A stretch of DNA of 64,000 bases from a virus. Its lineage: Duplodnaviria > Caudoviricetes. A program made the position numbers and the translations under genes. How positions within the stretch are numbered: position 1 is the stretch's first letter; each line of letters begins with the position of its first letter. Below are positions 1 through 10,969 of this stretch, one piece after another. The stretch spans positions 1 through 64,000 of IMG/VR virus record IMGVR_UViG_3300035499_000522, one strand, 5' to 3'. The notes beneath the pieces are model-generated. The model saw nothing but the letters and a program-made list of their open reading frames with translations. It made no database searches and was not told where the DNA came from.

Positions 1-108
1 ATTATGAACAAATCAATATTTTTTTGTGAATTTTTTGTAAACAATTTGTGAACAAAAGTCCCGTTATTATGCACAATAATAGAACAAACATTTTGTACAT
101 TTTGCATA

Positions 109-137
109 TTGACATTTTGCTGATTATACGGTATAAT
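109..137 (+). promoter_or_regulatory. sigmaA-type promoter (one of many near-consensus early promoters)
   Basis: TTGACA(109-114)-17 nt-TATAAT(132-137); similar promoters at 498-526, 1502-1530, 4150-4178, 4794-4822 and upstream of most + strand genes. Confidence 0.8.
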
Positions 138-598
138 AATAATAAAGTATGAATAGTATGCAGTTGGGAATGAATGGTAATGGAAAAGTCTTCCATGACT
201 GTAAGTTTTTGGTATTCCCTGTCGAATGGTAATTTTTACCAATTCTGTCAGCTTTTGGGACTTCCAGTTCTTACCATTTCTTCCAAAAGCTATGACTGCC
301 AATATATGGCGGAAATGACAAGAACTGTATATGGGTTCATATGGCAGAACTTCCAAGAGCTGGAAGTGGCTTTGTATGGCAAGACTGGAAAATTCTGTAT
401 ATGCAAGGTATATACAGATATTACCGACAGCCGCATCCATATGGGAATCATTTCCAGTTGTACATAGAAAGTTCATAAAGTGTTTACGCTGAGTTCATTG
501 ACATTCCTCTTGTTATGCGGTATAATATATATAGAACAAGAGAAAGAGAAACAACAAAGCAAAAACAAAAAATAAAAAAAAGAAAGAGGTTGTTATTT

Positions 599-760
599 AT
601 GGTAAAGGTTAAAATGTTTTCAAATGAGGGTATCACAAGAGAAAAGGTATTTTTCAGCTTTGCAAAAGCAGAAATATTCTTTGACGATTTAAAGAGGTAC
701 AATGCAGGTGTAAACCATGCACAGCTTCTCTATGACGGTGCAATTGTTTTTGACTTCTAA
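599..760 (+). CDS. small hypothetical early protein
   Basis: GAGGT RBS then ATG at 599, downstream of promoter 498-526. Confidence 0.6.
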   Translation: MVKVKMFSNEGITREKVFFSFAKAEIFFDDLKRYNAGVNHAQLLYDGAIVFDF

Positions 761-876
761 CGTGCGGAAGTGCGGAAACTGAAATAAAGAAAATGTTTCC
801 GCACTTCCAAAAACCAATTTGAAAAAATCTATAATATTTGTTATAATTATTATAGAAAACAAAAGGAGTAATTAAA

Positions 877-1071
877 ATGAAAAATGCACTTGTAAATATT
901 TACCTGTTTGTTGCTCTTGCTGTAAAGGCAATTGTTACTATTGCAGTTTCCGTTTTTGTCGTTTGGTTGTGCGGTTCATTCTTGGAAATTGGTGCAAAAA
1001 ACACACAGGAAAATCCAAGTTATTCAAATTACAATGCGTTTATTCTTTTTGAAAACGCTATAAATCACTAA
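877..1071 (+). CDS. small membrane protein
   Basis: AGGAG RBS, hydrophobic N-terminal helix. Confidence 0.6.
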   Translation: MKNALVNIYLFVALAVKAIVTIAVSVFVVWLCGSFLEIGAKNTQENPSYSNYNAFILFENAINH

Positions 1072-1092
1072 TTGAAAAGGAGTTGCTTTTTT

Positions 1093-1482
1093 ATGTATGT
1101 TATTATAGGTGTTATTGTTGCTATAGTTTTGGCAATAGTTGGAATGGGCTTGTTTAATGAAGAACGGAATACTTTGGGAGTAATTGCCATTATACTTGCA
1201 ATAGTTGCTTTTGCAGGCGGAATATATTGTCACCTTAACTTTACAGAAAGTGGAAAACGCTCTCTTAAAAGTATGACATCTGATTATACGGGCGGTATTG
1301 AAAGAACAATAACTGTTTACGCCTATGACGGCGAAATTCTCTATCAGTACAGCGGAAAATTTGACTATTCAAGTGACGGTGATAGAATTATTTTTGATGA
1401 TGAAAATGGTAATAGACACAGTATATTTAACACTATCGGCACAGTTATCATTGAAGAAAATGAAACAGATAAAACTTCATAA
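1093..1482 (+). CDS. two-TM membrane protein, hypothetical
   Basis: AGGAG RBS, ATG 1093, two hydrophobic helices plus soluble C-terminus. Confidence 0.7.
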   Translation: MYVIIGVIVAIVLAIVGMGLFNEERNTLGVIAIILAIVAFAGGIYCHLNFTESGKRSLKSMTSDYTGGIERTITVYAYDGEILYQYSGKFDYSSDGDRIIFDDENGNRHSIFNTIGTVIIEENETDKTS

Positions 1483-1577
1483 ATTGTTTACAAACTGTTC
1501 ATTGACTTTACCTCTTGGGTATGCTATAATAATAATGTACTCAAGAGGTACAGAAAAAACTTAAATTCAAAAGGAGA

Positions 1578-1982
1578 ATGATTATTATGAAAGAAAATTT
1601 TGTTGTTGGTAATGAATTGGTTATTGTTACTACCGTAACACAGGTATGGAATGAAAATACTGGAGAATGGGAAGTTGTAGTAACAGAGGAAACAGATGGA
1701 AAGCTTACAGGGTTTAATAATTTTTCATTTAATGCTTGTGATGAAGAAGTGCCTGTTTATGCGGTTGCTGAATTTAACCGCTGTCAACATCTATTGAAAA
1801 ACAATGAAAAAAAAGATAATACAAACAATGAAGAAGAAACTGATAAACTTAAATCTTTTTTTGCCAAAACTTTCTTTATGTTGGAAGATAAAAAGAAAGA
1901 AGCTATTATTACAAGAGGACAGAATAAGATATTATTTAATGAACTTTTAAAAATATACCGTGAAGTAGAAAACAAGAGTTAA
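1578..1982 (+). CDS. hypothetical protein
   Basis: ORF with RBS and promoter 1502-1530. Confidence 0.7.
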   Translation: MIIMKENFVVGNELVIVTTVTQVWNENTGEWEVVVTEETDGKLTGFNNFSFNACDEEVPVYAVAEFNRCQHLLKNNEKKDNTNNEEETDKLKSFFAKTFFMLEDKKKEAIITRGQNKILFNELLKIYREVENKS

Positions 1983-2277
1983 TCAAACAGACCACGGAAA
2001 CAGGTTAATACAGCTAAATAATTATTTAACCTGCTTCCGCACTTTTTAAAATGATTTTTCTGTATAAAAAGTAATGGAAAAATTAAAATTTTCGGCTCTT
2101 GAATTTTGAAATGATTTTTCTAAATGGTACAAGTTGGAAAATTTTAAAATGATTTTTCTACACAAAAAATTCACATCTTTTTTACAGAAAGTTAATTGAT
2201 TTCCGCAAGTAAATGTGTTATAATAATAATGTACTCAAGAGGTACAGAAAATAAATAAAAGAAAGAGGTTGTTAATT

Positions 2278-2553
2278 ATGGAAACAAATGTAAAAAATCA
2301 AGAAGTATGGTACGTTTTTGAAATAGGAGAATATTCTCCAAGCCTAATGTATACTTGTTCTAATTATGAAGAAGCTCTTGAAAAGGCAATTCAATATCTA
2401 CTTGACATTGAGGAATGGCGTGAATCTTATCAAGAATATCTTGAAGATTTAGACATTGTTTATGATGAAATACTTAATTATTATGACTTTACAAAGAGTG
2501 CAATTGTTAATGAAGTTAATGACTATATTTATATTTCAAGGAAAAGAGGTTGA
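2278..2553 (+). CDS. acidic hypothetical protein (paralog of next gene)
   Basis: shares EVW.xF...A.E.A..YLL.I.EW.E.YQE and L..xDFTK.AI motifs with 2559-2903. Confidence 0.7.
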   Translation: METNVKNQEVWYVFEIGEYSPSLMYTCSNYEEALEKAIQYLLDIEEWRESYQEYLEDLDIVYDEILNYYDFTKSAIVNEVNDYIYISRKRG

Positions 2554-2558
2554 TAAAA

Positions 2559-2903
2559 ATGGGAACAGCAAAAAACAAAAAAACTAATCAGTATACAGTA
2601 GAACATAAAGGGGAAGTGTGGTGTCTTTTTACAGTAGAAGATGACTTTCCTACGCTATCTGCTGTATATCTTTCAAAAAAGAAAGCAATAGAAGAAGCAG
2701 TAGAATATTTACTTTCTATTGATGAATGGGAAGAATTTTATCAAGAATTTAAAGCACAAGGTTTTGATTTTGAGTGCTCTAAATATTATGATAAAAATCA
2801 TAATGTTCTTAATTTCCACGATTTTACAAAAGCTGCAATTACAGATGATGTAGGTTCTGCAAGTGATGATTATGTTTACATTGAAAGACACGAAGTAATT
2901 TAA
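2559..2903 (+). CDS. acidic hypothetical protein (paralog of previous gene)
   Basis: motifs shared with 2278-2553. Confidence 0.7.
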   Translation: MGTAKNKKTNQYTVEHKGEVWCLFTVEDDFPTLSAVYLSKKKAIEEAVEYLLSIDEWEEFYQEFKAQGFDFECSKYYDKNHNVLNFHDFTKAAITDDVGSASDDYVYIERHEVI

Positions 2904-3010
2904 TTAAAAAATTCACATTCTGTTCATTGACAATTTGAACAGAATGTGATATAATAAAAATGTAATCAAAAAGGTTACAAAAATAATAATTTTGAAAGGA
3001 ATTGATAATT

Positions 3011-3535
3011 ATGTTAAATGAGTATTTTTTAGTAATAGAATGTAAGGAATTGGATGACCCGTATGAATGTGACTGCGAAAGAATACCAAAAGCAATAGTA
3101 AAAGATTGGGAAAAGTATCTTACTGATAATGAAATAAACCGTGCAGAAGTTTATAAAATTAATTCTAATGGCTCTATTGGAAAACTTGTAAGAGGATATG
3201 ATGAAATATCTGAGGGAAAAATTGACGGTTATGCAGTTTATTCTGTAAATGGTAATTGCGAAATAAAAGTAATAAAGCAATTTAAAAGTAAACTAAAGCT
3301 AAAAGATTTTATGAACTCAAAACAGTATGAAGCTTGGATTCATAAGTATTTTATAAATAATCCAGATTATCAAAAATTACTAAATTTCAAGAATAAATAC
3401 GCTGACTGTGTTACTGATTTATTTTCTACTGACTATGAAAACAAGCTAAGATACTTTTGTGTATATAACAAAGAAACAGATATTGAATTATATATAGGGC
3501 AATATAAAGGTGATATATTTGCACTTGAATATTAA
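3011..3535 (+). CDS. hypothetical protein
   Basis: ORF with promoter, RBS and downstream hairpin terminator. Confidence 0.7.
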   Translation: MLNEYFLVIECKELDDPYECDCERIPKAIVKDWEKYLTDNEINRAEVYKINSNGSIGKLVRGYDEISEGKIDGYAVYSVNGNCEIKVIKQFKSKLKLKDFMNSKQYEAWIHKYFINNPDYQKLLNFKNKYADCVTDLFSTDYENKLRYFCVYNKETDIELYIGQYKGDIFALEY

Positions 3536-4296
3536 TTAACATTTTATCCAGTTTGTGGATTTTCCATAAACTGGATTTTTGGCGGCAACCGCTTTAGTGC
3601 GGTAAATCGCTAAAGTGCGGAAATTTTAAAACCAGATTTTGGAAACACTTTAGCACTTTAAAGTGGTAGCACTTTAGCAGGGTAAAGCGGCGGTGCGATT
3701 TCACAAGTTGTGGCACCGTTTTTGCGAATGTGAACAAATCAAGCATATTTTGTGAACAAATTGTTAATTTTTCTTCATCTTACCCAATTCCCAATATTAA
3801 CCTGCTCTCCCCAGTTTCTTCCATAACTGTAAATGGTTGGAAGCCCTCCGTCGCTGGAAAATTTTACCAAATTCAAGGAAATTATTCCAAAATAAAAATA
3901 GAGCCAAATTTTCCAATAACTCCCAAAAATAGAAATGGGTTGCCAGCCCCCGCTTCACCGCACTAAAGTGTTAAAGCGGTAAAGCGTTTCCAAAATTTGG
4001 TAAAAATTCCGTTGGTAATTTATCCCATAATTCTCCAACAATTGGCAGGAAATTCTTGGTATTATATGCTAAAATCTGTGTTGCGATTCTGCACAAAGCC
4101 AACGCCGCAAACTTGTGCAATATTTCACGAAAAAATTTTTCAAAAACTATTGACATTCCTATATAGAAGTGGTATAATTAATACATAAGGAAGAGGGAAG
4201 AAAGAATAAACCTCTTGAACAGTGCTTATCATGGGAAATGGGTAAAACTCCTATAAGTTGCCTAAAATCTATATTTTTGGAAGGATTTGTTAATTT

Positions 4297-4773
4297 ATGA
4301 AATTACTGTTTATCTTTATCATTTTGAACATTCTGAATGTTATTATTCAGACTGTAAAGTCTATCTGTACTATAAAGTGCGGAAAAGTTCAAGCGGCATT
4401 TGTAAATGCTCTTGCATACGGTCTTTATACAGTCGTGCTTGTATACATGACGTGTGAATTGACAACAATTACCAAGGCTATTGTTGTAGCTGTTTGTAAC
4501 CTTGTGGGCGTTTACATTGTAAAACTTTTGGAAGAAAAAGGAAGAAAAGACAAACTTTGGAAAGTTGAAATGACGGTTAATACTGATAAAAGTAAGAGTT
4601 TAGCAGACAACTTGAAAAAGCTTGAAATACCTTTTTCAGTGCTTGAAACTATGGACGGCAATTATATCATTTTTAATGTGTATTCAGCAACACAAAAAGA
4701 AAGTATACTCATAAAGGAAATTGCAGACAGATACAAGGCGAAATATTTTGTATCTGAAACAAAAAGTTTATAA
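4297..4773 (+). CDS. membrane protein, UPF0316/DUF5698-like
   Basis: three N-terminal TM helices plus ferredoxin-like soluble tail. Confidence 0.5.
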   Translation: MKLLFIFIILNILNVIIQTVKSICTIKCGKVQAAFVNALAYGLYTVVLVYMTCELTTITKAIVVAVCNLVGVYIVKLLEEKGRKDKLWKVEMTVNTDKSKSLADNLKKLEIPFSVLETMDGNYIIFNVYSATQKESILIKEIADRYKAKYFVSETKSL

Positions 4774-4878
4774 AAAAATTAATATTTTGTTCATTGACAA
4801 ATTGAATAAAATACGCTATAATTATAATGTACTCAATTAAGAGTACAGAAAACACAATTTGAAAGGATTTGGTAAAAA

Positions 4879-5625
4879 ATGAATATTTTGGTTTTTGACA
4901 CGGAAACAACTGCACTTGGCAAGGTGTTTACTTACAATGTAGGCTACTGCATTGTAAACACAAAGACAGGGGAAAACCTTGTAGAAAAGGACTTTGTAAT
5001 TGAACAGATTTGGCATAACTTAGAACTTTTTTCCACTGCATACTATGCGGAAAAAAGACCGCTTTACGTCAAGGCTATGAGGAGTAAAAAGGCAAAACTT
5101 GAAAAATTTGGCAAGGTATGCCAAGAAATGATACGTGACATTAAGAAATATGATGTTACTTCCGCTTATGCCTACAATGCACGTTTTGATGAAAGAGTAT
5201 TCACATTCAATTGTGACTGGTTTAAATGTATCAATCCTTTTGACAACATACCAATTTATGACATTTGGGGATATATTCATCATTCTATTGCTTGGGATAA
5301 TGATTATCAAAATTTTTGTGAAGAAAACGAACTTTTTACAGAAAAAGGTAATTATTCCACAAGTGCAGAAAACATTTACAAGTACATCAAAAATGATGTA
5401 AATTTTGTGGAAGAGCACACAGCTTTAAGCGACAGTTTAATAGAAAGCGAAATTCTTAAATACGCTATTGAGAATTACGGCATGAAGTGGGACTGCACTT
5501 ATAAGACTTACAATTCAATTCCACGCATGATAGAAAGAACGCTGACAATAAAGCAGGACGGGGAAGAATACGAATACATCTACCACAAAATGATAAAACG
5601 TGACGATACCATTTATTTAAAGTAA
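4879..5625 (+). CDS. DEDDh 3'-5' exonuclease family protein
   Basis: ExoI VFDTET, ExoII AYNARFD, ExoIII HTALSD. Confidence 0.85.
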   Translation: MNILVFDTETTALGKVFTYNVGYCIVNTKTGENLVEKDFVIEQIWHNLELFSTAYYAEKRPLYVKAMRSKKAKLEKFGKVCQEMIRDIKKYDVTSAYAYNARFDERVFTFNCDWFKCINPFDNIPIYDIWGYIHHSIAWDNDYQNFCEENELFTEKGNYSTSAENIYKYIKNDVNFVEEHTALSDSLIESEILKYAIENYGMKWDCTYKTYNSIPRMIERTLTIKQDGEEYEYIYHKMIKRDDTIYLK

Positions 5626-5832
5626 GTCACAAAAAGTTCATAATTCTTTTACAGAAAGCTAATTACTTTCTGTAAAAGATATGATATAATAATAATGTAC
5701 TCAAAAGGTAATTGTTAGAGAATAACAGTGCACAATGCACAATTTCTAAAATGAATTTTAGTTATTCTGACAGTCGTTACCTAAAGAGCACGAAAACCAA
5801 TTTTTTCAAAATTTTAAAGGAGTTGTTTATTT

Positions 5833-6201
5833 ATGGCAAACGTAAAAATGACAAAGAGAGATTATTTCAACGCACTTTCTGCACTCGTTACAAATGCAGA
5901 TGTTGACAACAAGACCGAACTTATGGAATTCATTTCCAAGCAGATTGAACAGATTGACAGAAAGGCTACAAGCGTTTCTGCAAAGTCCGCCGAAAAGAAA
6001 GCGGAAAATGAAGCCCTTGAAAACAAGGTTCTTGAAGTCCTTGCAGGTGCAGAAAAGGAAATGACTGTTAAGGAAATTATGGGAAATTTCCCTGAACTTT
6101 CCAATCAGAAAATTACTTATCTTCTTTCACACCTCAAGAGTGAAAACAAGGTAACAAGAAACGAAATCAAGAAAGTTCCTTATTTTGGAATTGTTAAGTA
6201 A
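5833..6201 (+). CDS. coiled-coil plus winged-HTH DNA-binding protein (paralog 1 of 3)
   Basis: MTVKEI..LSNQKITYLL..L wHTH; near-identical to 7408-7758. Confidence 0.7.
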   Translation: MANVKMTKRDYFNALSALVTNADVDNKTELMEFISKQIEQIDRKATSVSAKSAEKKAENEALENKVLEVLAGAEKEMTVKEIMGNFPELSNQKITYLLSHLKSENKVTRNEIKKVPYFGIVK

Positions 6202-6426
6202 TTCCTAATTGGCACTAATCCCCAATAACAGAAAATCCCATTGGATAAAAATTCCAGTGGGATTTTTTGGTAATGTCAGTTTGCGGCAGCTAACTCCTAC
6301 TACTCCGATGGGATTACTTCCCCCGAGGATTTGGTAAAAATTTCCTGCGGCAATTATGAATTTTGTTCATAATTTGTTTACAAAATGTTTACAAAAAAGA
6401 CTTGAAATGTTCATAAATTGCGGCTG

Positions 6427-6616
6427 GGGCGCGAACGAAGGATGCGCCCTGTTTTCGGCTAATTGTGAACATTTCAAGTATTTTTGATGAATTTTTTATG
6501 AACGCTGCATTTTCGTCATTTCCCACAAATACTTATTATAAACTTTGTGTATTTTGCCTATTGTATTTCCGCACATTATCTGTTATAATTAGTATAGTAA
6601 ATAAATCAAAAGGAGT
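6427..6616 (+). repeat. intergenic cassette repeat copy 1 (GC hairpin, TGAAC boxes, promoter, RBS)
   Basis: 6427-6484 matches 8921-8978 with one mismatch; similarity continues to the RBS. Confidence 0.8.
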
Positions 6617-7407
6617 TGTTTCTATGAAGCGTAATGTTATTAAAGTCTTTTGGCTGTACAATGAAAAAAATGAAAAAAGTGGGTTTTTTCTCCAAAATGA
6701 GGAAAACCTTGCTAAAATGTTCTGTGAAGAAAATAATGGCTTCACTTACAAGCTTGAAACACTTATGTAACATCAATCCAGTTTGCAAAATTTCCGCAAA
6801 CTGGATTTTTTATTAGAGCCGAGATTTTTGGTAAATGATGGAAGTAACCCCGAACCGCACCTAATTATGAACAAATCAATATTTTTTTATGAACAATTTG
6901 TAAACATTTTTAAACTTAAAATATCCTAAAATAGTGTATATTTTTTCGGACAACAGACAAACGCTGGAAAATATTGTAAACAAAACTGGTAACAAATGGT
7001 ATAGTCATTTGCTTAGCAAAATGCACAAGAGAATACAAAAAAATTTGTACAAAAAAACGTTGACATATTATTATAAAAGTGGTATAATGTATACAGTGAA
7101 TGAGAGAGGCGGAAACGTTAGATACAAAACTCTTACACCTACCGCCCGCACTTCACAAACTGTTCATAAAACAAATACAAAAAATACATTGACAAAAGGA
7201 AGTGAATGTGGTATAATTAATACAGAACAAGAGAAAAGGAAGCAACAAAACGAAATAAAATAGATAATTCATAAAAAATTAATAAAAAGTTTAAAGATTA
7301 TCTATTGATTTTTTCTAAAAAATATGTTATAATATTTATAGAAAATAAAAAAAGTTATTAAAGCTGAAAAGCTTTAAAATAAAAAATTTTTAAAGGAGTT
7401 GTTTTTT

Positions 7408-7758
7408 ATGACAAACAGAGAAAAGTTTGAAGTTCTTAAGGGTATGGTAGAAGTTTCCAATGCGGAAAACAAGACAGAGCTTGTGGAATTCCTCACAAAG
7501 CAGATTGAAATTCTTGACAGGAAGTCAAGTGCAGTTTCCGCCAAGAGTGCCGAGAAAAAGGCAGAAAATGACAACCTCAAGGTGCAGGTACTGGAAGCAC
7601 TGGTAAACTTTGGCAAGCCTGTAACTGTCAAGGAAGTTATGGGAGTTATTCCTAATCTGAGTAATCAGAAAATTACTTATCTGCTTAAGTCTCTTGTGCT
7701 TGATAACAAGGCTGTTAGAAGTGAGATTAAGAAGATACCCTATTACAACGCAGTTTAA
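7408..7758 (+). CDS. coiled-coil plus winged-HTH protein (paralog 2)
   Basis: KQIE.LDRK..VSAKSAEKKAEN and wHTH shared with 5833-6201. Confidence 0.7.
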   Translation: MTNREKFEVLKGMVEVSNAENKTELVEFLTKQIEILDRKSSAVSAKSAEKKAENDNLKVQVLEALVNFGKPVTVKEVMGVIPNLSNQKITYLLKSLVLDNKAVRSEIKKIPYYNAV

Positions 7759-7857
7759 CACAAAAGCATAAAATGGAAAAATGCGGCAGTCGGTAAAAAG
7801 ATACCACAGACCGACTGCCGCAAATTTTCAAAAAAAAAGAAAAGGAGTTGTTTAATT

Positions 7858-8037
7858 ATGGAAAAAATGAAAGTAGTTATAACCTGCGGAAGTGATGACC
7901 CGCAGTATCTTACATTGACCGCAGACCAATACAAATTTTTGAAATATTTTGATAATCAAGGTTATCTTAATGATGAAATTTTTTATGAAATCTTTTCAGA
8001 TGAATTTTTTCATGAAATAACTGAAGAAAATTCATAA
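7858..8037 (+). CDS. small protein homologous to the C-terminal domain of 9262-10068
   Basis: MEKMKVVIT...LTADQYKFL vs MEEMKVIIT...LTEKQYAFL; AGGAG RBS. Confidence 0.65.
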   Translation: MEKMKVVITCGSDDPQYLTLTADQYKFLKYFDNQGYLNDEIFYEIFSDEFFHEITEENS

Positions 8038-8104
8038 TTTATTCATTGACATTTTTCTCTCAATGTGTTATAATAAAGATACAAATTAAAAAGGAGTTGG
8101 TAAG

Positions 8105-8518
8105 ATGAATTACACATTACCAAGCGGAAAAATTATCCGCATTTCTGACAGTGAGATTGAAAAGAACATGAAAATTCTTGAAATCTCAAAAGAAGAAGCC
8201 ATTCAGATGTATCTTGAAGATGAAGGCATTGAAGAAAATGCCGAACAGGAAAACTTATGCCAAAAGGCAAAAAATTCCAACATTATGCGGACGATACACG
8301 GTGCTTACAGCTATGACAAAGATAAACAAAAGTCACAGCGTGAGAGAGTGAGAAAGGAAAATCCCACCAAGGAAAAAATTGTCAACGGTTTAGCGGAATA
8401 CCTGCAAGGGTTTGCGGAAGATGTTGTTATTGAGAACGCAGGAAAGTTAATCACCTTTACAGCTGACGGCAAAAAATTCAAACTGGATTTAATCCAAACA
8501 AGAGAAAAGAAAAATTAA
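8105..8518 (+). CDS. hypothetical phage protein
   Basis: ORF with promoter, RBS and terminator. Confidence 0.7.
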   Translation: MNYTLPSGKIIRISDSEIEKNMKILEISKEEAIQMYLEDEGIEENAEQENLCQKAKNSNIMRTIHGAYSYDKDKQKSQRERVRKENPTKEKIVNGLAEYLQGFAEDVVIENAGKLITFTADGKKFKLDLIQTREKKN

Positions 8519-8920
8519 GGGGGCGGGCGGTTATAGTCTGCAATGTAACCGCCCTAACCTAAAAAAGAAATGGAGTTGTTTAATTATGGAAAATAAGAAA
8601 ATATTGTCAATTCATGATACAACTGGACAGCACCTGTCACTATTTTATATTGTTGACGAATTGACAGAACAGACAAGAAAAATTTTAAATGGATTACAAT
8701 ATTTTGGCATAGATTATGAAATAATTAGAATAACAGAATGTGAAGAAATTTAACAAAAGATGGAAAGCTGATAGGAAAATTCTGTCAGCTTTTTTCTATG
8801 CGGAAATATCCTACTATTCTGATGGGATTACTGGGCAGCGGTTAGTAAGATATTTTTTTGTTCATAAAATATTTACAATTCGTTCATAAAATATGATAGA
8901 TTTGTTCATAATTTTGGTCA

Positions 8921-9110
8921 GGGCGCGAACGAAGGATGCGCCCTGTTTTCGGCTAATTATGAACATTTCAAGTATTTTGTGTAAACAATTTGTGAACGAG
9001 GTATTTCCGCCAAATCCCACAATTGCCGCACATTAACTTTGTTCATTTTGCCTATTGATTTTTAATAAAATATTTGTTATAATTATTATAGTAAATAAAT
9101 CAAAAGGAGT
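8921..9110 (+). repeat. intergenic cassette repeat copy 2
   Basis: direct repeat of 6427-6616. Confidence 0.8.
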
Positions 9111-9261
9111 TTGATAATTATGAATAATAATTATGTAGTAACCAGTTGCGAACAGTGTCTGTATTGCGACCGTTGCATGAAAAACCCAAGTGAAGATTGT
9201 TGGCTTGGTTCTGACGAATTTTATGAAGAGTCTGTAGAAGATGAAGAAAGGGATGAATTTT

Positions 9262-10068
9262 ATGACTGATAGGGAAATTCTTGAAACCTATGACAATGCG
9301 GAAGATTTTGCTAATTGTATTGAATGCGGTTTTTGCCCTAATTGTTCTATTAAAGACTATTGTAAAGATATGAATACGTGTGGTTGTTATGAAACGGCAT
9401 TAGAATATTATAAGTCCATTGAAAATGAAAGTAGAAAAACTATGACTAATGAAGAAATTCTTGAAAAATATAATAATTCAACATCTTTTGCGGAAGATAT
9501 GTATAATAATGGTTGCAATAAATGCCCTATTAAAAAATATTGCGAAAGATTTGATGATACTTGTTTTGATATTGCAACAAGTTATTACGAATCTATTGAC
9601 TCAAGAGAAAAAAAGACAAATAATAAGATTATGACCGATGAAGAAATGCTTGAAAATTTTGATACTGCACAAAAATTTGCTGATTATTGCGGTGATACTT
9701 ATTATTGTTCTAATTGCGATAAATGCCCCGCTGATGCTTTTTGTGCTAAAATGTCAGAATGTCTATCTTGTGAAGATAAAGCATTAGCTTATTACAATGC
9801 AATTAAGACAAAAGAAGAAAGATTAACACGTTGTAATGAAGAAAAATCAGTTTATTATAGTGCGGTTAATGCACTTAATGAAAGCAAGGAGGAAGAGGAA
9901 ATGGAAGAAATGAAGGTAATAATTACCAATGATTGTAATGATACTTACAATGTTATTTTGACAGAAAAACAGTATGCTTTTTTGGAGTTTCTTTCAGACA
10001 ATGGACTCCTTTATGATTCTGTTGATTGGCAGATAGTAAAGGATGAAAATTTTGAAAGAATAAATTAA
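9262..10068 (+). CDS. Cys-rich repeat protein (three ~60-aa repeats)
   Basis: 3x MT..E.LE....FA...CxxC....C...C...A..YY. Confidence 0.75.
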   Translation: MTDREILETYDNAEDFANCIECGFCPNCSIKDYCKDMNTCGCYETALEYYKSIENESRKTMTNEEILEKYNNSTSFAEDMYNNGCNKCPIKKYCERFDDTCFDIATSYYESIDSREKKTNNKIMTDEEMLENFDTAQKFADYCGDTYYCSNCDKCPADAFCAKMSECLSCEDKALAYYNAIKTKEERLTRCNEEKSVYYSAVNALNESKEEEEMEEMKVIITNDCNDTYNVILTEKQYAFLEFLSDNGLLYDSVDWQIVKDENFERIN

Positions 10069-10176
10069 CAATTTGTTCATTGACTTTTTCTCTTGAGTGT
10101 GTTATAATAATAATGTACTCAAGAGAAGAAAAGAAAAAGAGTGCGGAAATGATTAATTGAAAGAGGTTGATTTATT

Positions 10177-10572
10177 ATGAAAGAAATAATAATTTACGAA
10201 ACTGAAAGCTATGGCGGAATGGAAGGCAGAGACCTTGTAACAAGTAGGTATGAGACTGAGGAAATAGCAAAACAGCACGCTATAACAAACAATTGGAATT
10301 CAGGCTACACACTTTATAAAGTAAAAATTACTTTCAATGGTGTAATTACAGAGGAAAAAGAAGAAATTGGTAGAATACCTTGTGGTTGTGATGTCAAAAG
10401 GATGAATTACATTGCCAATAGACTTATTGAACTTCAAGAAGAACTTACCACACATTTAAACAACAACAGAATAAAAGAAACCACAAGAGCAAAAAGAGTA
10501 GAAGAATGCCAAAGAAAAATTGATGATTGGACTAAAGATTACAATGAATTGAAAGAATTGACAAATATGTAA
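10177..10572 (+). CDS. hypothetical protein with C-terminal coiled coil
   Basis: ORF with promoter and RBS. Confidence 0.65.
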   Translation: MKEIIIYETESYGGMEGRDLVTSRYETEEIAKQHAITNNWNSGYTLYKVKITFNGVITEEKEEIGRIPCGCDVKRMNYIANRLIELQEELTTHLNNNRIKETTRAKRVEECQRKIDDWTKDYNELKELTNM

Positions 10573-10594
10573 TTAAGAAAGAGGTTGATTTATT

Positions 10595-10969
10595 ATGACT
10601 AATAAGGAAATGCTTGAAAATTTTAAAAATGCGGGAGACTTTGCTAATGCTATGTATATTAGTATTGGTTGCCATAATTGCATTGAGTGTTCAGCTAATG
10701 AACTTTGTAAAAAAAGACCTAATGTAGAATGTGATGCGGTAGCAATAGAATATTACAACTCTTTACTTGATATTGATAAAAGAATATGTGAAAACTTTGA
10801 AAATGTAGAAGTTTTTACTAAAGAATTTAAAAATAGACAACATAATTGCTATGGCTGTCCTATTTACAATTATTGCGTGCGAATTTTCTTTAATGAGCAT
10901 TTAACTTGTAATGAAGTTGTAGAAAGATATTACAATGATGTTAAATCAAAAGCTAAGAAAATAAAATAA
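10595..10969 (+). CDS. Cys-rich repeat protein (two repeats; paralog of 9262-10068)
   Basis: same MTNKEMLENF..FA..CxxC..YY repeat. Confidence 0.75.
   Translation: MTNKEMLENFKNAGDFANAMYISIGCHNCIECSANELCKKRPNVECDAVAIEYYNSLLDIDKRICENFENVEVFTKEFKNRQHNCYGCPIYNYCVRIFFNEHLTCNEVVERYYNDVKSKAKKIK

Noticed and set aside
5020-5418. Antisense/shadow ORFs (also 15142-15639, 24826-25302, 39450-39890 and those within gyrA)
   Set aside because: They overlap well-supported genes on the other strand or frame and have no motifs
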